From contig NC_134035.1 in the NCBI RefSeq assembly GCF_964204645.1, forward strand, positions 1,984,001 through 2,048,000: a stretch of 64,000 nucleotides of DNA. The letters are read 5' to 3'. This DNA is from Tubulanus polymorphus. Its lineage: Eukaryota; Animalia; Nemertea. The notes beneath the pieces are model-generated. The model was not told the origin of the DNA, searched no databases, and saw only the letters and a program-made list of their open reading frames with translations. The translations under genes and the position numbers were made by a program. Every line of letters starts with the position of its first letter. Position 1 is the first letter of the stretch. Shown here one piece after another: positions 24,270-37,600 of this stretch.

Positions 24270-26210
24270 GATGAAAAATGATGTGATCAGTGAAAACAGA
24301 AAGTAGAGAGTATAATATAAGTGCAAAAAGTTGTACTTACATCGCGTCAAAAAATTAACTAAATACCGCGGATCCACGGCGATATTCCGCCTAATCTCTT
24401 CAATGATTGTTAAATAAACAAATTGAGATGATGCTTACCTCCCGTAACTCCCCCTCCAACAGCCAAGGTTCAGATGAAAGAGATCGAAAAATAACCACAA
24501 CTAGAAATCATTGTGATCTTGAAAGTATTTTGATATTTCAAAGCTCTTAAAAATGGAGGCACTACTCTCAAAGTCGTTATCAGGTCTGGAATACCACTAA
24601 CTCAGTAAACAATTCAAACTTACTCTACGGCGTTGTAGCCGCGGCGACCGCCGTAACGGCATTTCGTCTCTCTGGAAAAACAAAACGATCAACATTGATT
24701 AAATCATCGAAACATTAAATGATTTCTTACTGTTTGGAGAATTCGGTATCAGAATAACTTGGTAGGACCGGAAAGGTTCAGGGATTCTATATGTGAATAG
24801 CTCGGTAGGACCGGAAAGGTTCAGGGATTCTTATATGTGAATAGCTCGGTAGGACCAGAGAGATTCAGGGATAATTCTTTTTCCGATGCAAATTTTGAAA
24901 ACAATAAAATATCCTCATAATCATTGGTGAACCACAATGATAATAATCTACATGACTTAAAACAGGAAATAATGGTCAAGTCTTCATGAATAACCATGAA
25001 CTGTGGGTGCAGAGACGCGAAAATCACTTGAAAAGTGGTTTGAACGCTCGGACAACTGGAAACATTTAAAAATTTGTCAGTTATTACCATAGTTTATCAT
25101 TGTTACAATGGTGGTTGTCACCTATGTTGAGGATTTACCGCTAGGGGCAACATTGAAACCCGGTCTATGAAATCGGGCCAAGGTTGAGGATTTACCCCTA
25201 GGAGAAAATGATGTGGTCTATAAAACCCTGCCCAGATTATCGAACTTAAAATGATTTGACGCAAATCAAACTTACTTTCACGGCACCAACGCGGGCCCTT
25301 TTCGGGCTGGCTCAGGTGCAGGTGCGGCGACAACTGCAGCAGAGCTGCATTTTCTTCCTATAATATAATAACAATCATGATGTTAAGATTTAATTGATTA
25401 AAATTGAATACGTCCTAAGATGTCACGGCGGCTGCAACATTTTCATTATCAGCTAATGAAGCGTGGGATCGCCATCTGGTGGCGTAACTGGTGGGATCGC
25501 CATCTGGTGGACTTTGAGAATCTAGTTAAACTTATCAATTTGATCACAATCGAAATGGATATTTTCGATCATTTAGTTATAGAATTAACTCGTTTTGATG
25601 TTTTAACTCTACTGAGTCAAATCTTAACTGGAACTGGACCGCTTGGTATGCGTGTATTCAATATGTACAACTGAAAATACGAACGTTTCAGCTCTTATTT
25701 AGAATTCTTGGTTCCGCCCGGGCAAGTGAGATTTGCCATTTTTACATAAGTATATATAAACCCATCCACCAAAAATGTCTGGCTACAAACGGACATATCT
25801 AAAATAGGATCATGAATATGTGTAGACTTACTATTTTCTGTGGCATCAGGGGCTACATTTTCTTCTCGACGATGTTGAGATTTAATTGATTAAAATCGAA
25901 TATGTCTTACCTTGAAATATCACGGCGGCTGCAACATTTTCGTTATTAGCTGATGAAGCGTAAAATTTCCATCTGGTGGCATAAATGGTGGGATCGCCAT
26001 CTGGTGGTTTCGGTGACGCGATCGCCACCTGGTTAGTACAATATCAAATCTCATTGATGTTGAGATGATGCTTACCTCCCGTAACTCCCCCTCCGACAGC
26101 CGCCCGTCCACACGACGGGACCACCTCTGCGCAGCAGGGTGCGGCTGCCAGAGGGTCCGCTGCCTAGGGCGCCTAACTGGGAAGGCAGCAGTTGGAGCGG
26201 GGTCTGCATT
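24270..26210 (-). pseudogene. Scrambled inverted partial paralog of the micro-exon gene's 3' exons and introns
   Basis: Minus-strand pieces: ~26076-26206 ~ 3' half of exon 18306; ~25832-25866 ~ exon 15890; 25276-25357 chimera of exons 15890 and 13987; ~24875-25275 ~ intron 14030-14455; 24624-24671 ~ exon 15242; ~24438-24463 ~ end of exon 18306; ~24341-24406 ~ exon 16499 with acceptor AG mutated to AA. Confidence 0.85.
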
Positions 26211-26904
26211 CGTTTATCTAGAGATCTGCATCAATTGGTGACATTGAGAATTCTTTCCTTCAGGTCGGCCAATTTTAAGTCTGCCGGCCTTTTCCTATTA
26301 TAACTTTGTTACCCGCACCCAAATTTTTATTAGGGAATAGAGAAGTGTATCTGGGCTCTTCCCGGTGACCATTGAGTCGTCTCGGCTGTGTTACAAATAG
26401 CTTAGTTTCTTCTGTCATTCAACGTGCAGAAGTTGCGAGCGCGATAATTAGTTAAAACAAAGCGTAAAGAGGAGGCAGCCATATTATAACGTAGGAAGAA
26501 AAAGTATAATTAGACTTCGATAATTTTGCAAAATGATTTATTTCATTAGAATTGAAATGGAGACGTTCATTACCAATTCGGAGCAAACTTAGATTAAAAT
26601 CTAGCAAAATTAGATTACGATTGAAATGGACGTTCATAACCATATTTCCAAATGGGTTTTACTTCCCAGAATTTAGCTGTGTCGTTATTAAGACTGTCGT
26701 TAAAACTATTGTTTTCTGTATGAATTCTGAGCCCTTTACTATTTCCTCCGTGAAGGGCGGACAACGTTATAGTTCGATTCAAATGCAGTAGAATCTTATG
26801 GTTTTTGTGTGGTGTCTATAATTTTAGAATGTGCGTATCTAACACTTACTTTTGTATCAATACCCGGTTAATGATGCATCGGTTATTATCATACGAATCT
26901 TTTT

Positions 26905-29900
26905 TCACTTTGGGATAAGTTGAATACCGCCCCAGTTTAGTAATACAAGAATCTTCTTTTTGAAGTAAGATAAACTGCACCTGTTGGAATCACTTTGGGG
27001 TAAGATTAAAGCTCTCAACCCCTGTTTAGCAATACATGAATCTGTACTTTGTGCTAATATAAGCTTTTCACTTTTGACCTATATAAACTGCACCTGTAAA
27101 AATATTTCCACTTTGGGGTAAGATAAGCTACCCCTGTTAGAATCTCGTCTCTTTAGGGTAAGATAAACTACCCCTGTTAGAATCTTTTTATTATTAGGGT
27201 TACTACCCCTGTTAGAATCTCTTTGGGGTACTACAGAATACCCCTGTTAGAATCTCCTTTCTCTTTGGGGTAAGATAAACTACCCATGTTTATTTTAGTA
27301 ATACAAGAATCTTTTTGGGTAAAAGATCAATATACTGCTCCTGTAAGAGTAAGAATCCCTTCTCTTTTGGGGTAAGATAAACGCTACAAACCTTGTTTAG
27401 TAATACATGAATCTTTTCTTTTTGGGGAAAGATAAACTGTTCATGTAAGAGTCTATTCTTACTTTGGGGTAAGATAAACTACCCCTGCAAGAAACTTTTT
27501 CCGTTGGGGTAAGATAAATGTAACCCCTGTAAAAATGTTTCACTTGGGGTAAGATAAGCTTGATGTATGTTAAGTACCCTTGAGGAGAGGTATGGCTAAC
27601 TAGATGAGTTCAAACCCCAAACAATCTTCTCTTTGGGGTAAGACATACTTCCCCTGTGAGAATCTTTGGGGTAAGATAAGCTACAACCCCTGTTTATTCA
27701 GTGAATCTTCTCTTTGGGGTAAGATAAGCTACCCTGTTTATTCAGTGAATCTTTTCTTTGGGGGTAAGATAAGCTACACCTGTAAGAATCTCTTTTCTCC
27801 TACGGGTAAGATAGATAATTAATAAATGAATAAATAAGCTTGGTGTATGTTATGTATAGCTATCCTTGAGGAGAGGGATGGCTTACTAGTTTGAGCTCAG
27901 TGAGTTAAAACCCCAATCTTCTTTTTGGGGCGAGATAAGCTTCCCCTGTAAGAATCTTATTACTTTGGGGTAGGTTAAGCTACAAACCCTGTTTAGTAAG
28001 GCATGAATCTGTACTTTGTGGTGATATATGCTTTTAACCTAGATAAACTAGTCCTGTAAAAGTGTTTATTTTTTACCTTTTGGGTAAGATAAACTACAAC
28101 CCTTGTTTATTAATACATGAATCTTTTCTTCTTTTTGGGGAAAGATAAACTGTTCATGTAAGAATCTATTTTTACTTTAGGGTAAGATAAGCTAACCTGT
28201 TTATTCAGTGAATCTTCTCTTTGGGGTAAGATAAGCTACCCCTGTAAGAATCGTATTATACTTTGGGGTAGGTTAAGCTACAAACCCTGTTTAGTAAGGC
28301 ATGAATCTGTAGTGGTGATATATGCTTTTCACTTTTGACCTAGATAAAATAGTCCTGTAAAAGTGTTTTTTTTTACCTTTTGGGTAAAATAAACTACAAC
28401 CCTTGTTTAGTTATACATGAATCTTTTCTTTTTGGGGAAAGTAAACTGTTCATGTAAGAATCTTTTCTTACTTTGGGGTAAGATAAACTACCCCTGCAAC
28501 AAACTTTTTCCGTTGGGATAAGATAAATGTAACCCCTGTAAAAATGTTTCACTTGGGGTAAGATAAGCTTGATGTATGTTAAGTACCCTTGAGGAGAGGT
28601 ATGGCTAACTAGATGAGTTCAAACCCCAAACAATCTTCTCTTTGGGGTAAGACATACTTCCCCTGTGAGAATCTTTGGGATAAGATAAGCTACAACCCCT
28701 GTTTATTCAGTGAATCTTCTCTTTGGGGTAAGATAAGCTACCCTGTTTATTCAGTGAATCTTTTCTTTGGGGGTAAGATAAGCTACACCTGTAAGAATCT
28801 CTTTTCTCCTACGGGTAAGATAGATAATTAATAAATGAATAAATAAGCTTGGTGTATGTTATGTATAGCTATCCTTGAGGAGAGGGATGGCTTACTAGTT
28901 TGAGCTCAGTGAGTTAAAACCCCAATCTTCTTTTTGGGGCGAGATAAGCTTCCCCTGTAAGAATCTTATTACTTTGGGGTAGGTTAAGCTACAAACCCTG
29001 TTTAGTAAGGCATGAATCTGTACTTTGTGGTGATATATGCTTTTAACCTAGATAAACTAGTCCTGTAAAAGTGTTTATTTTTTACCTTTTGGGTAAGATA
29101 AACTACAACCCTTGTTTATTAATACATGAATCTTTTCTTCTTTTTGGGGAAAGATAAACTGTTCATGTAAGAATCTATTTTTACTTTAGGGTAAGATAAG
29201 CTAACCTGTTTATTCAGTGAATCTTCTCTTTGGGGTAAGATAAGCTACCCCTGTAAGAATCGTATTATACTTTGGGGTAGGTTAAGCTACAAACCCTGTT
29301 TAGTAAGGCATGAATCTGTAGTGGTGATATATGCTTTTCACTTTTGACCTAGATAAAATAGTCCTGTAAAAGTGTTTTTTTACCTTTTGGGTAAAATAAA
29401 CTACAACCCTTGTTTAGTTATACATGAATCTTTTCTTTTTGGGGAAAGTAAACTGTTCATGTAAGAATCTTTTCTTACTTTGGGGTAAGATAAACTACCC
29501 CTGCAACAAACTTTTTCCGTTGGGATAAGATAAATGTAACCCCTGTAAAAATGTTTCACTTGGGGTAAGATAAGCTTGATGTATGTTAAGTACCCTTGAG
29601 GAGAGGTATGGCTAACTAGATGAGTTCAAACCCCAAACAATCTTCTCTTTGGGGTAAGACATACTTCCCCTGTGAGAATCTTTGGGGTAAGATAAGCTAC
29701 AACCCCTGTTTATTCAGTGAATCTTCTCTTTGGGGTAAGATAAGCTACCCTGTTTATTCAGTGAATCTTTTCTTTGGGGGTAAGATAAGCTACACCTGTA
29801 AGAATCTCTTTTCTCCTACGGGTAAGATAGATAATTAATAAATGAATAAATAAGCTTGGTGTATGTTATGTATAGCTATCCTTGAGGAGAGGGATGGCTT

Positions 29901-32400
29901 ACTAGTTTGAGCTCAGTGAGTTAAAACCCCAATCTTCTTTTTGGGGCGAGATAAGCTTCCCCTGTAAGAATCTTATTACTTTGGGGTAGGATAAGCTACA
30001 AACCCTGTTTAGTAAGGCATGAATCTGTACTTTGTGGTGATATATGCTTTTAACCTAGATAAACTAGTCCTGTAAAAGTGTTTATTTTTTACCTTTTGGG
30101 TAAGATAAACTACAACCCTTGTTTATTAATACATGAATCTTTTCTTCTTTTTGGGGAAAGATAAACTGTTCATGTAAGAATCTATTTTTACTTTAGGGTA
30201 AGATAAGCTAACCTGTTTATTCAGTGAATCTTCTCTTTGGGGTAAGATAAGCTACCCCTGTAAGAATCGTATTATACTTTGGGGTAGGTTAAGCTACAAA
30301 CCCTGTTTAGTAAGGCATGAATCTGTAGTGGTGATATATGCTTTTCACTTTTGACCTAGATAAAATAGTCCTGTAAAAGTGTTTTTTTTACCTTTTGGGT
30401 AAAATAAACTACAACCCTTGTTTAGTTATACATGAATCTTTTCTTTTTGGGGAAAGTAAACTGTTCATGTAAGAATCTTTTCTTACTTTGGGGTAAGATA
30501 AACTACCCCTGCAACAAACTTTTTCCGTTGGGATAAGATAAATGTAACCCCTGTAAAAATGTTTCACTTGGGGTAAGATAAGCTTGATGTATGTTAAGTA
30601 CCCTTGAGGAGAGGTATGGCTAACTAGATGAGTTCAAACCCCAAACAATCTTCTCTTTGGGGTAAGACATACTTCCCCTGTGAGAATCTTTGGGGTAAGA
30701 TAAGCTACCCTGTTTATTCAGTGAATCTTCTCTTTGGGGTAAGATAAACTACCCCTGTAAGAATCTGTTTATTTTGGGGGAAAACAAACTGCTCCTGTAA
30801 GAATCTCTTCTCTTTGGGGTAAGATAAGCTACCCCTGGAAAAATGTTTTCACTTCGGGGCAAGATAAACTGCTAAACTGCTCCTGTTAGAATCTCTTTGC
30901 CCTGTGGGGTAAGATAAACTACCCCTGTTAGAATCTCATTTCTCTCATAAGCAGCAACATTTCTTAGAAAAATATCTATCGTAAAAATACAAGACAAACT
31001 GCTCCTGTATCTTTTCTTCACTTTGGGGTAAGATGAGCTACCCCTGTAAGAATCATATCACTTTTGGGTAAACTACTCCTAGAATCTCATTTCTCCTACG
31101 GGTAAGATAAATATAACATTATTAATAAAAGAAAAACTTGTCAGAATCTTTTCTTCACTTTGAGGTAAGATAGGCTACAACCCCTGTAAAAATGTTTCAC
31201 TTGGGGTAAGATAAGCTCGGTGTATGTTATGTACCCTTGAGGAGAGGTAAGGCTTACTAGTTTGAGCTCAGTCTGTGAGTTCAAACCCCGATCTTCTTTT
31301 CGGGGTAAGATAAGCTACCCCTGTAAGAATCTGTTTACTTTGGGGTAAGATAAACTACCCCTGTAAGAATCTTTTACCTTTGGGGTAAGATAAATATAAC
31401 CCCTATTTATTTAGTAATACATGAATCTTCTCTTTGGGGTAAGATAAACTGCCCCTGTAAGAATCTGTTTACTTTGGGGTAAGATAAGCTACCCCTGTAA
31501 GAATCTCTTTTACCTTTGGAGTAAGATAAGCTACCGTGTAAGAATGTTTTACTTTGGGGTAAGATAAGCTATCCCTGTAAGAATCATTTTACTATGGGGT
31601 AAGATAAACTACCCCTGTAAGAATCTTTTACCTTTGGAGTAAGATAAGCTACCCCTGTAAGAATCTTTTACCTTTGGAGTAAGATAAGCTACCCCTGTAA
31701 GAATCTTTTACTTTGGGGTAAGATAAGCTACCCCTGTAAGAATCTCTTTTCTCTTTGGAGTAAGATAAGCTACCCCTGTAAGAATCTTTTACTTTGGGGT
31801 AAGATGAATATAACCCCTATTTATTTAGCAATACATGATCTTCTCTTTGGGGTAAGATAAACTACCCCTGTCAGAATCTTTTACTTTGGGGTAAGATAAA
31901 CTACCCCTGTGAGAATCTTTTACTTTGGGGTAAGATGAATATAACCCCTATTTAGTAATACATGAATCTTCACTTTGGGGTAAGATGAGCTACCCCTGTC
32001 AGAATCATTTCACTATGGGGTAAGATAAGCCACCCCTGTTAGAATCTCATTTTTCCTACGGGTAAGATAAATATAACATAAGAAATACAAGACAAGCTGC
32101 TCCTGTAAGAATCTTTTACTTTGGGGTAAAATAAGCTATCCCTGTAAGAATCTTTTACTTTGGGGTAAGATAAGCTATCCCTGTAAGAATCATTTTACTA
32201 TGGGGTAAGATAAACTACCCCTGTAAGAATCTCTTTTCTCTTTGGAGTAAGATAAGCTACCCCTGTAAGAATCTTTTACTTTGGGGTAAGATGAATATAA
32301 CCCCTATTTATTTAGTAATACATGGATCTTCTCTTTGGAGTAAGATAAGCTCCACAAGAATCATTTCTTCACTTTGGGGTAAGATAAACTATATCCCCTA
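26905..32400. repeat. Complex satellite of ~40-bp GGGGTAAGATAAGCTACCCCTGTAAGAATCT monomers with a ~1008-bp higher-order repeat (~3.3 copies)
   Basis: Landmark ATGAGTTCAAACCCCAAACAATC at 27604, 28613, 29620, 30628; more regular monomer array at ~31300-32400. Confidence 0.95.
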
Positions 32401-32635
32401 TATATAAAAATGCCGAGATATTCGTTTCATTAATTGGTAGTAATTGTTAATGAGTTTACAGTACGATGCAGTTATTCATGTTAAAAGTTCAGGCATTAGC
32501 CTTTCTCTATGTATGAAGTTGCACTCGCTTTCTGCATCTTATCCAGGAATATTTTCAATATTTTTGATGTAAGTATGTTTACAACATACTCACTACAACT
32601 AAACCAAGCTTTTATCTTGGATGTAAAACTAAGCG

Positions 32636-33177
32636 TGTTCGTTAGTTCAAAGAGTATGACTACTCATTCGTTAGTTCAAGTATACGACTACTCATTCGTT
32701 AGTTCAAGTATACGACTACTCATTCGTTAGTTCAAGTATACGACAACTCATTCGTTAGTTCAAGTATACGACTACTCATTCGTTAGTTCAAGTATACGAC
32801 TACTCATTCGTTAGTTCAAGTATACGACTACTCATTCGTTAGTTCAAGTATACGACTACTCATTCGTTAGTTCAAGTATACGACTACTCATTCGTTAGTT
32901 CAAGTATACGACTACTCATTCGTTAGTTCAAGTATACGACTACTCATTCGTTAGTTCAAGTATACGACTACTCATTCGTTAGTTCAAGTATACGACTACT
33001 CATTCGTTAGTTCAAGTATACGACTACTCATTCGTTAGTTCAAGTATACGACTACTCATTCGTTAGTTCAAGTATACGACTACTCATTCGTTAGTTCAAG
33101 TATACGACTACTCATTCGTTAGTTCAAGTATACGACTACTCATTCGTTAGTTCAAGTATACGACTACTCATTCGTTA
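32636..33177. repeat. 28-bp near-perfect tandem repeat (ACTACTCATTCGTTAGTTCAAGTATACG) x~19
   Basis: Direct tandem copies. Confidence 0.97.
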
Positions 33178-34429
33178 TTTCGTAGGTCAAATTAGTTGAC
33201 TACGTGTGTTTTGCTGCTGGTTACCCTTTTTTTGCCTTCGATCTATCTGAAGATACCTTCGCCTCTTCCATGCTCTCCTCTGTCCGTGCTTCACTGCTTC
33301 TGCGCTGTTCCACGGTTTATGCTGCGGCGCTGTGATCTGAGCCTCTGTCGACTGTATGCGTCTGCTTTTGCCAGTAAGTACCCTTTTATTTTTTTGGTGG
33401 GTCCCGGGATGTTTTTTATCGATTTTTTCTCCGCTGCGGTACATTGCCAAGTCACTTTTTTGAACTCGATAAATTGGCGTGAGCCTCGGGATAACGATGA
33501 TAATTATTATCATCCGAATATGTGTTGCAGTGTTGCGACACTTTAACTGTGGACCGTTGATGGTCTTTATATATATTATTACTGATCTTTATGTGGCTTG
33601 GCAATTAGATCTAGTTGGGGGCCCTTGGACTTCAATATGTTTTGGGGGGCCCCACCCACCCGTTATAACAATGTGATGATGAGGTCAACTATATATATTT
33701 TCATCTATTTCACAATGAAATAGATTGCTAAAGGTTTACGGTTTTCCTGAAACCATATTTCATTAGCAGTTTAACTGCCATCTTATGTAAAAAGTTTTAA
33801 AATCTGATCTAATGTTGAATGCAGAGTTTTGCTGTACTCTGATATTTTGCGATGAAATAGATTGCTGAAGGTTTACAGTTTTTACTGAAACCAGATTTCA
33901 TTGAGATTTTTTTCCCTTCGATCTATCTGAAGATACCTTCGCCGTTTTTTACTGAAACCAGATTTTATTACGCAGTATAACTGCCATCTTATGTAAATAG
34001 ATTCAATAATACAAACTGACTTAATGTTTAGATCAGTTGTAACTGAGGGCGTAACCTTGGTATTTTTACTGTACATGAAAACATTCCTGTGAAGAAATGT
34101 TTTACCCTGTTAACTTTTTAATATTGATATCGCGATAAACTTATTGATATCGCGATAAACTTGTTCCTCTCATATTATCACATTTTACCCGCCCAATATA
34201 GGATTCTTGTTTATTTGGTTCAGGGATATACCACGGGTTAGTTGAGGGATTTTTATGCCGCAGTGGAGCTTTATTGTAATCATAAATGGTTTTTGTTCGA
34301 TTATATTTCGTAAAAGGCTTTACCCGGACCATCCTTTTACTTGTCTCGATTCGTCGTCGTCGTCGAACCCGGATCCGCTACCATCGCGATATTCCGCTTA
34401 TGATCGTTTACGTTTTGATTAAAGTAGCG

Positions 34430-34620
34430 ATCGACTGGCTCTGCTATCATTTACCGTCAACGCGCGGTGGTCAACTGAACCTAATGTCAACTCACCGCGT
34501 GATAAACTGGCTCTGCTATCATTTACCGTCAACGCGCAGTGGTCAACTGAATCTACTGTCAACTCATCACGCGATCGACTGGCACTGCTATCATTTACCG
34601 TCAACACCCGGTGGTCATCT
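34430..34620. repeat. ~72-bp tandem repeat x3 (ACTGGCTCTGCTATCATTTACCGTCAAC...) preceding the 29-bp array; one copy again at ~42195
   Basis: Direct copies. Confidence 0.8.
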
Positions 34621-34699
34621 AACCCTGCGATCAACTCAGTACTGTCAACTCAAACTGCGGTCAACGCTACTCTCAGCTAAATGTCGACTCAATGGTCAG

Positions 34700-37600
34700 A
34701 TCTTATGTCAACTCTATCTTGGAGTCATTCAGTCTTATTACTCCACCAACATTCAACGGTCAACTGGGCAAACAACTCAAGCAAATCAGGTAATTATCTT
34801 TCTCATCACTTCTCACTTTAAAATTTGTAGTTTTGTGTAATATTTTGATGTGTTTGAAATCTGTATTTATATTTTGTTTTATCATTTCAGTTTCTCCAAT
34901 TTGCTGTTGTTACTATGAACCGGAAAACACTGCTTCGCAAAAACAACGTCGTACAGTGTGAACAAATCTGATAATCAAAATCCACTATATTGCTATCAGT
35001 TGCGTCTCGTGGACAGTATCGCTATCAGTTCCATCTCGTGGACGGTATCGCTATCAGTTGCGTCTCGTGGACGGTATCGCTATCAGTTGCATCTCGTGGA
35101 CGGTATCGCTATCAGTTGCGTCTCGTGGACGGTATCGCTATCAGTTGCGTCTCGTGGACGGTATCGCTATCAGTTGCGTCTCGTGGACGGTATCGCGTTC
35201 AGTTGCGTCTCGTGGACAGTATCGCTATCAGTTCCATCAACTGGACAAACAACTCAAGCAAATCAGGTAATTATCTTTCTCATCACTTCTCACTTTAAAA
35301 TTTGTAGTTTTGTGTAATATTTTGATGTGTTTGAAATCTGTATTTATATTTTGTTTTATCATTTCAGTTTCTCCAATTTGCTGTTGTTACTATGAACCGG
35401 AAAACACTGCTTCGCAAAAACAATGTCGTACAGTGTGAACAAATCTGATCAATCAAAATCCACTATATTGCTATCAGTTGCATCTCGTGGACAGTATCGC
35501 TATCAGTTGCATCTCGTGGACGGTATCGCTATCAGTTGCATCTCGTGGACGGTATCGCTATCAGTTGCATCTCGTGGACGGTATCGCTATCAGTTGCGTC
35601 TCGTGGACGGTATCGCTATCAGTTGCGTCTCGTGGACGGTATCGCTATCAGTTGCGTCTCGTGGACGGTATCGCTATCAGTTGCGTCTCGTGGACGGTAT
35701 CGCTATCAGTTGCGTCTCGTGGACGGTATCGCTATCAGTTGCGTCTCGTGGACGGTATCGCTATCAGTTGCGTCTCGTGGACGGTATCGCTATCAGTTGC
35801 GTCTCGTGGACGGTATCGCTATCAGTTGCGTCTCGTGGACGGTATCGCTATCAGTTGCGTCTCGTGGACGGTATCGCTATCAGTTGCGTCTCGTGGACGG
35901 TATCGCTATCAGTTGCGTCTCGTGGACGGTATCGCTATCAGTTGCGTCTCGTGGACGGTATCGCTATCAGTTGCGTCTCGTGGACGGTATCGCTATCAGT
36001 TGCGTCTCGTGGACGGTATCGCGTTCAGTTGCGTCTCGTGGACAGTATCGCTATCAGTTCCATCAACTGGACAAACAACTCAAGCAAATCAGGTAATTAT
36101 CTTTCTCATCACTTCTCACTTTAAAATTTGTAGTTTTGTGTAATATTTTGATGTGTTTGAAATCTGTATTTATATTTTGTTTTATCATTTCAGTTTCTCC
36201 AATTTGCTGTTGTTACTATGAACCGGAAAACACTGCTTCGCAAAAACAATGTCGTACAGTGTGAACAAATCTGATCAATCAAAATCCACTATATTGCTAT
36301 CAGTTGCATCTCGTGGACAGTATTGCTATCAGTTGCATCTCGTGGACGGTATCGCTATCAGTTGCGTCTCGTGGACAGTATCGCTATCAGTTCCATCAAC
36401 TGGACAAACAACTCAAGCAAATCAGGTAATTATCTTTCTCATCACTTCTCACTTTAAAATTTGTAGTTTTGTGTAATATTTTGATGTGTTTGAAATCTGT
36501 ATTTATATTTTGTTTTATCATTTCAGTTTCTCCAATTTGCTGTTGTTACTATGAACCGGAAAACACTGCTTCGCAAAAACAATGTCGTACAGTGTGAACA
36601 AATCTGATCAATCAAAATCCACTATATTGCTATCAGTTGCATCTCGTGGACAGTATCGCTATCAGTTGCATCTCGTGGACAGTATTGCTATCAGTTGCAT
36701 CTCGTGGACGGTATCGCTATCAGTTGCATCTCGTGGACGGTATCGCTATCAGTTGCGTCTCGTGGACGGTTTCGCTATCAGTTGCGTCTCGTGGACAGTA
36801 TCGCTATCAGTTGCGTCTCGTGGACGGTATCGCTATCAGTTGCGTCTCGTGGACGATCGCTATCAGTTGCGTCTCGTGGACGGTATCGCTATCAGTTGCG
36901 TCTCGTGGACGGTATCGCTATCAGTTGCGTCTCGTGGACGGTATCGCTATCAGTTGCGTCTCGTGGACGGTATCGCTATCTGTTGCGTCTCGTGGACGGT
37001 ATCGCTATCAGTTGCATCTCGTGGACGGTATCGCTATCAGTTGCATCTCGTGGACGGTATCGCTATCAGTTGCATCTCGTGGACGGTATCGCTATCAGTT
37101 GCGTCTCGTGGACGGTATCGCTATCAGTTGCGTCTCGTGGACAGTATCGCTATCAGTTGCGTCTCGTGGACGGTATCGCGTTCAGTTGCGTCTCGTGGAC
37201 AGTATCGCTATCAGTTCCATCAACTGGACAAACAACTCAAGCAAATCAGGTAATTATCTTTCTCATCACTTCTCACTTTAAAATTTGTAGTTTTGTGTAA
37301 TATTTTGATGTGTTTGAAATCTGTATTTATATTTTGTTTTATCATTTCAGTTTCTCCAATTTGCTGTTGTTACTATGAACCGGAAAACACTGCTTCGCAA
37401 AAACAATGTCGTACAGTGTGAACAAATCTGATCAATCAAAATCCACTATATTGCTATCAGTTGCATCTCGTGGACAGTATTGCTATCAGTTGCATCTCGT
37501 GGACGGTATCGCTATCAGTTGCGTCTCGTGGACAGTATCGCTATCAGTTCCATCAACTGGACAAACAACTCAAGCAAATCAGGTAATTATCTTTCTCATC

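Noticed and set aside
27604-29838. Three near-identical 72-aa ORFs
   Set aside because: Consequence of the 1008-bp satellite HOR.
32636-33177. CRISPR-like 28-bp repeat
   Set aside because: No spacers; a simple minisatellite.
34366-34402. Minus-strand similarity to exon 16499 (GCGGAATATCGC...GCGGATCCG)
   Set aside because: Two short matches (12 and 9 nt) with a gap and no splice context; cannot be distinguished from chance.
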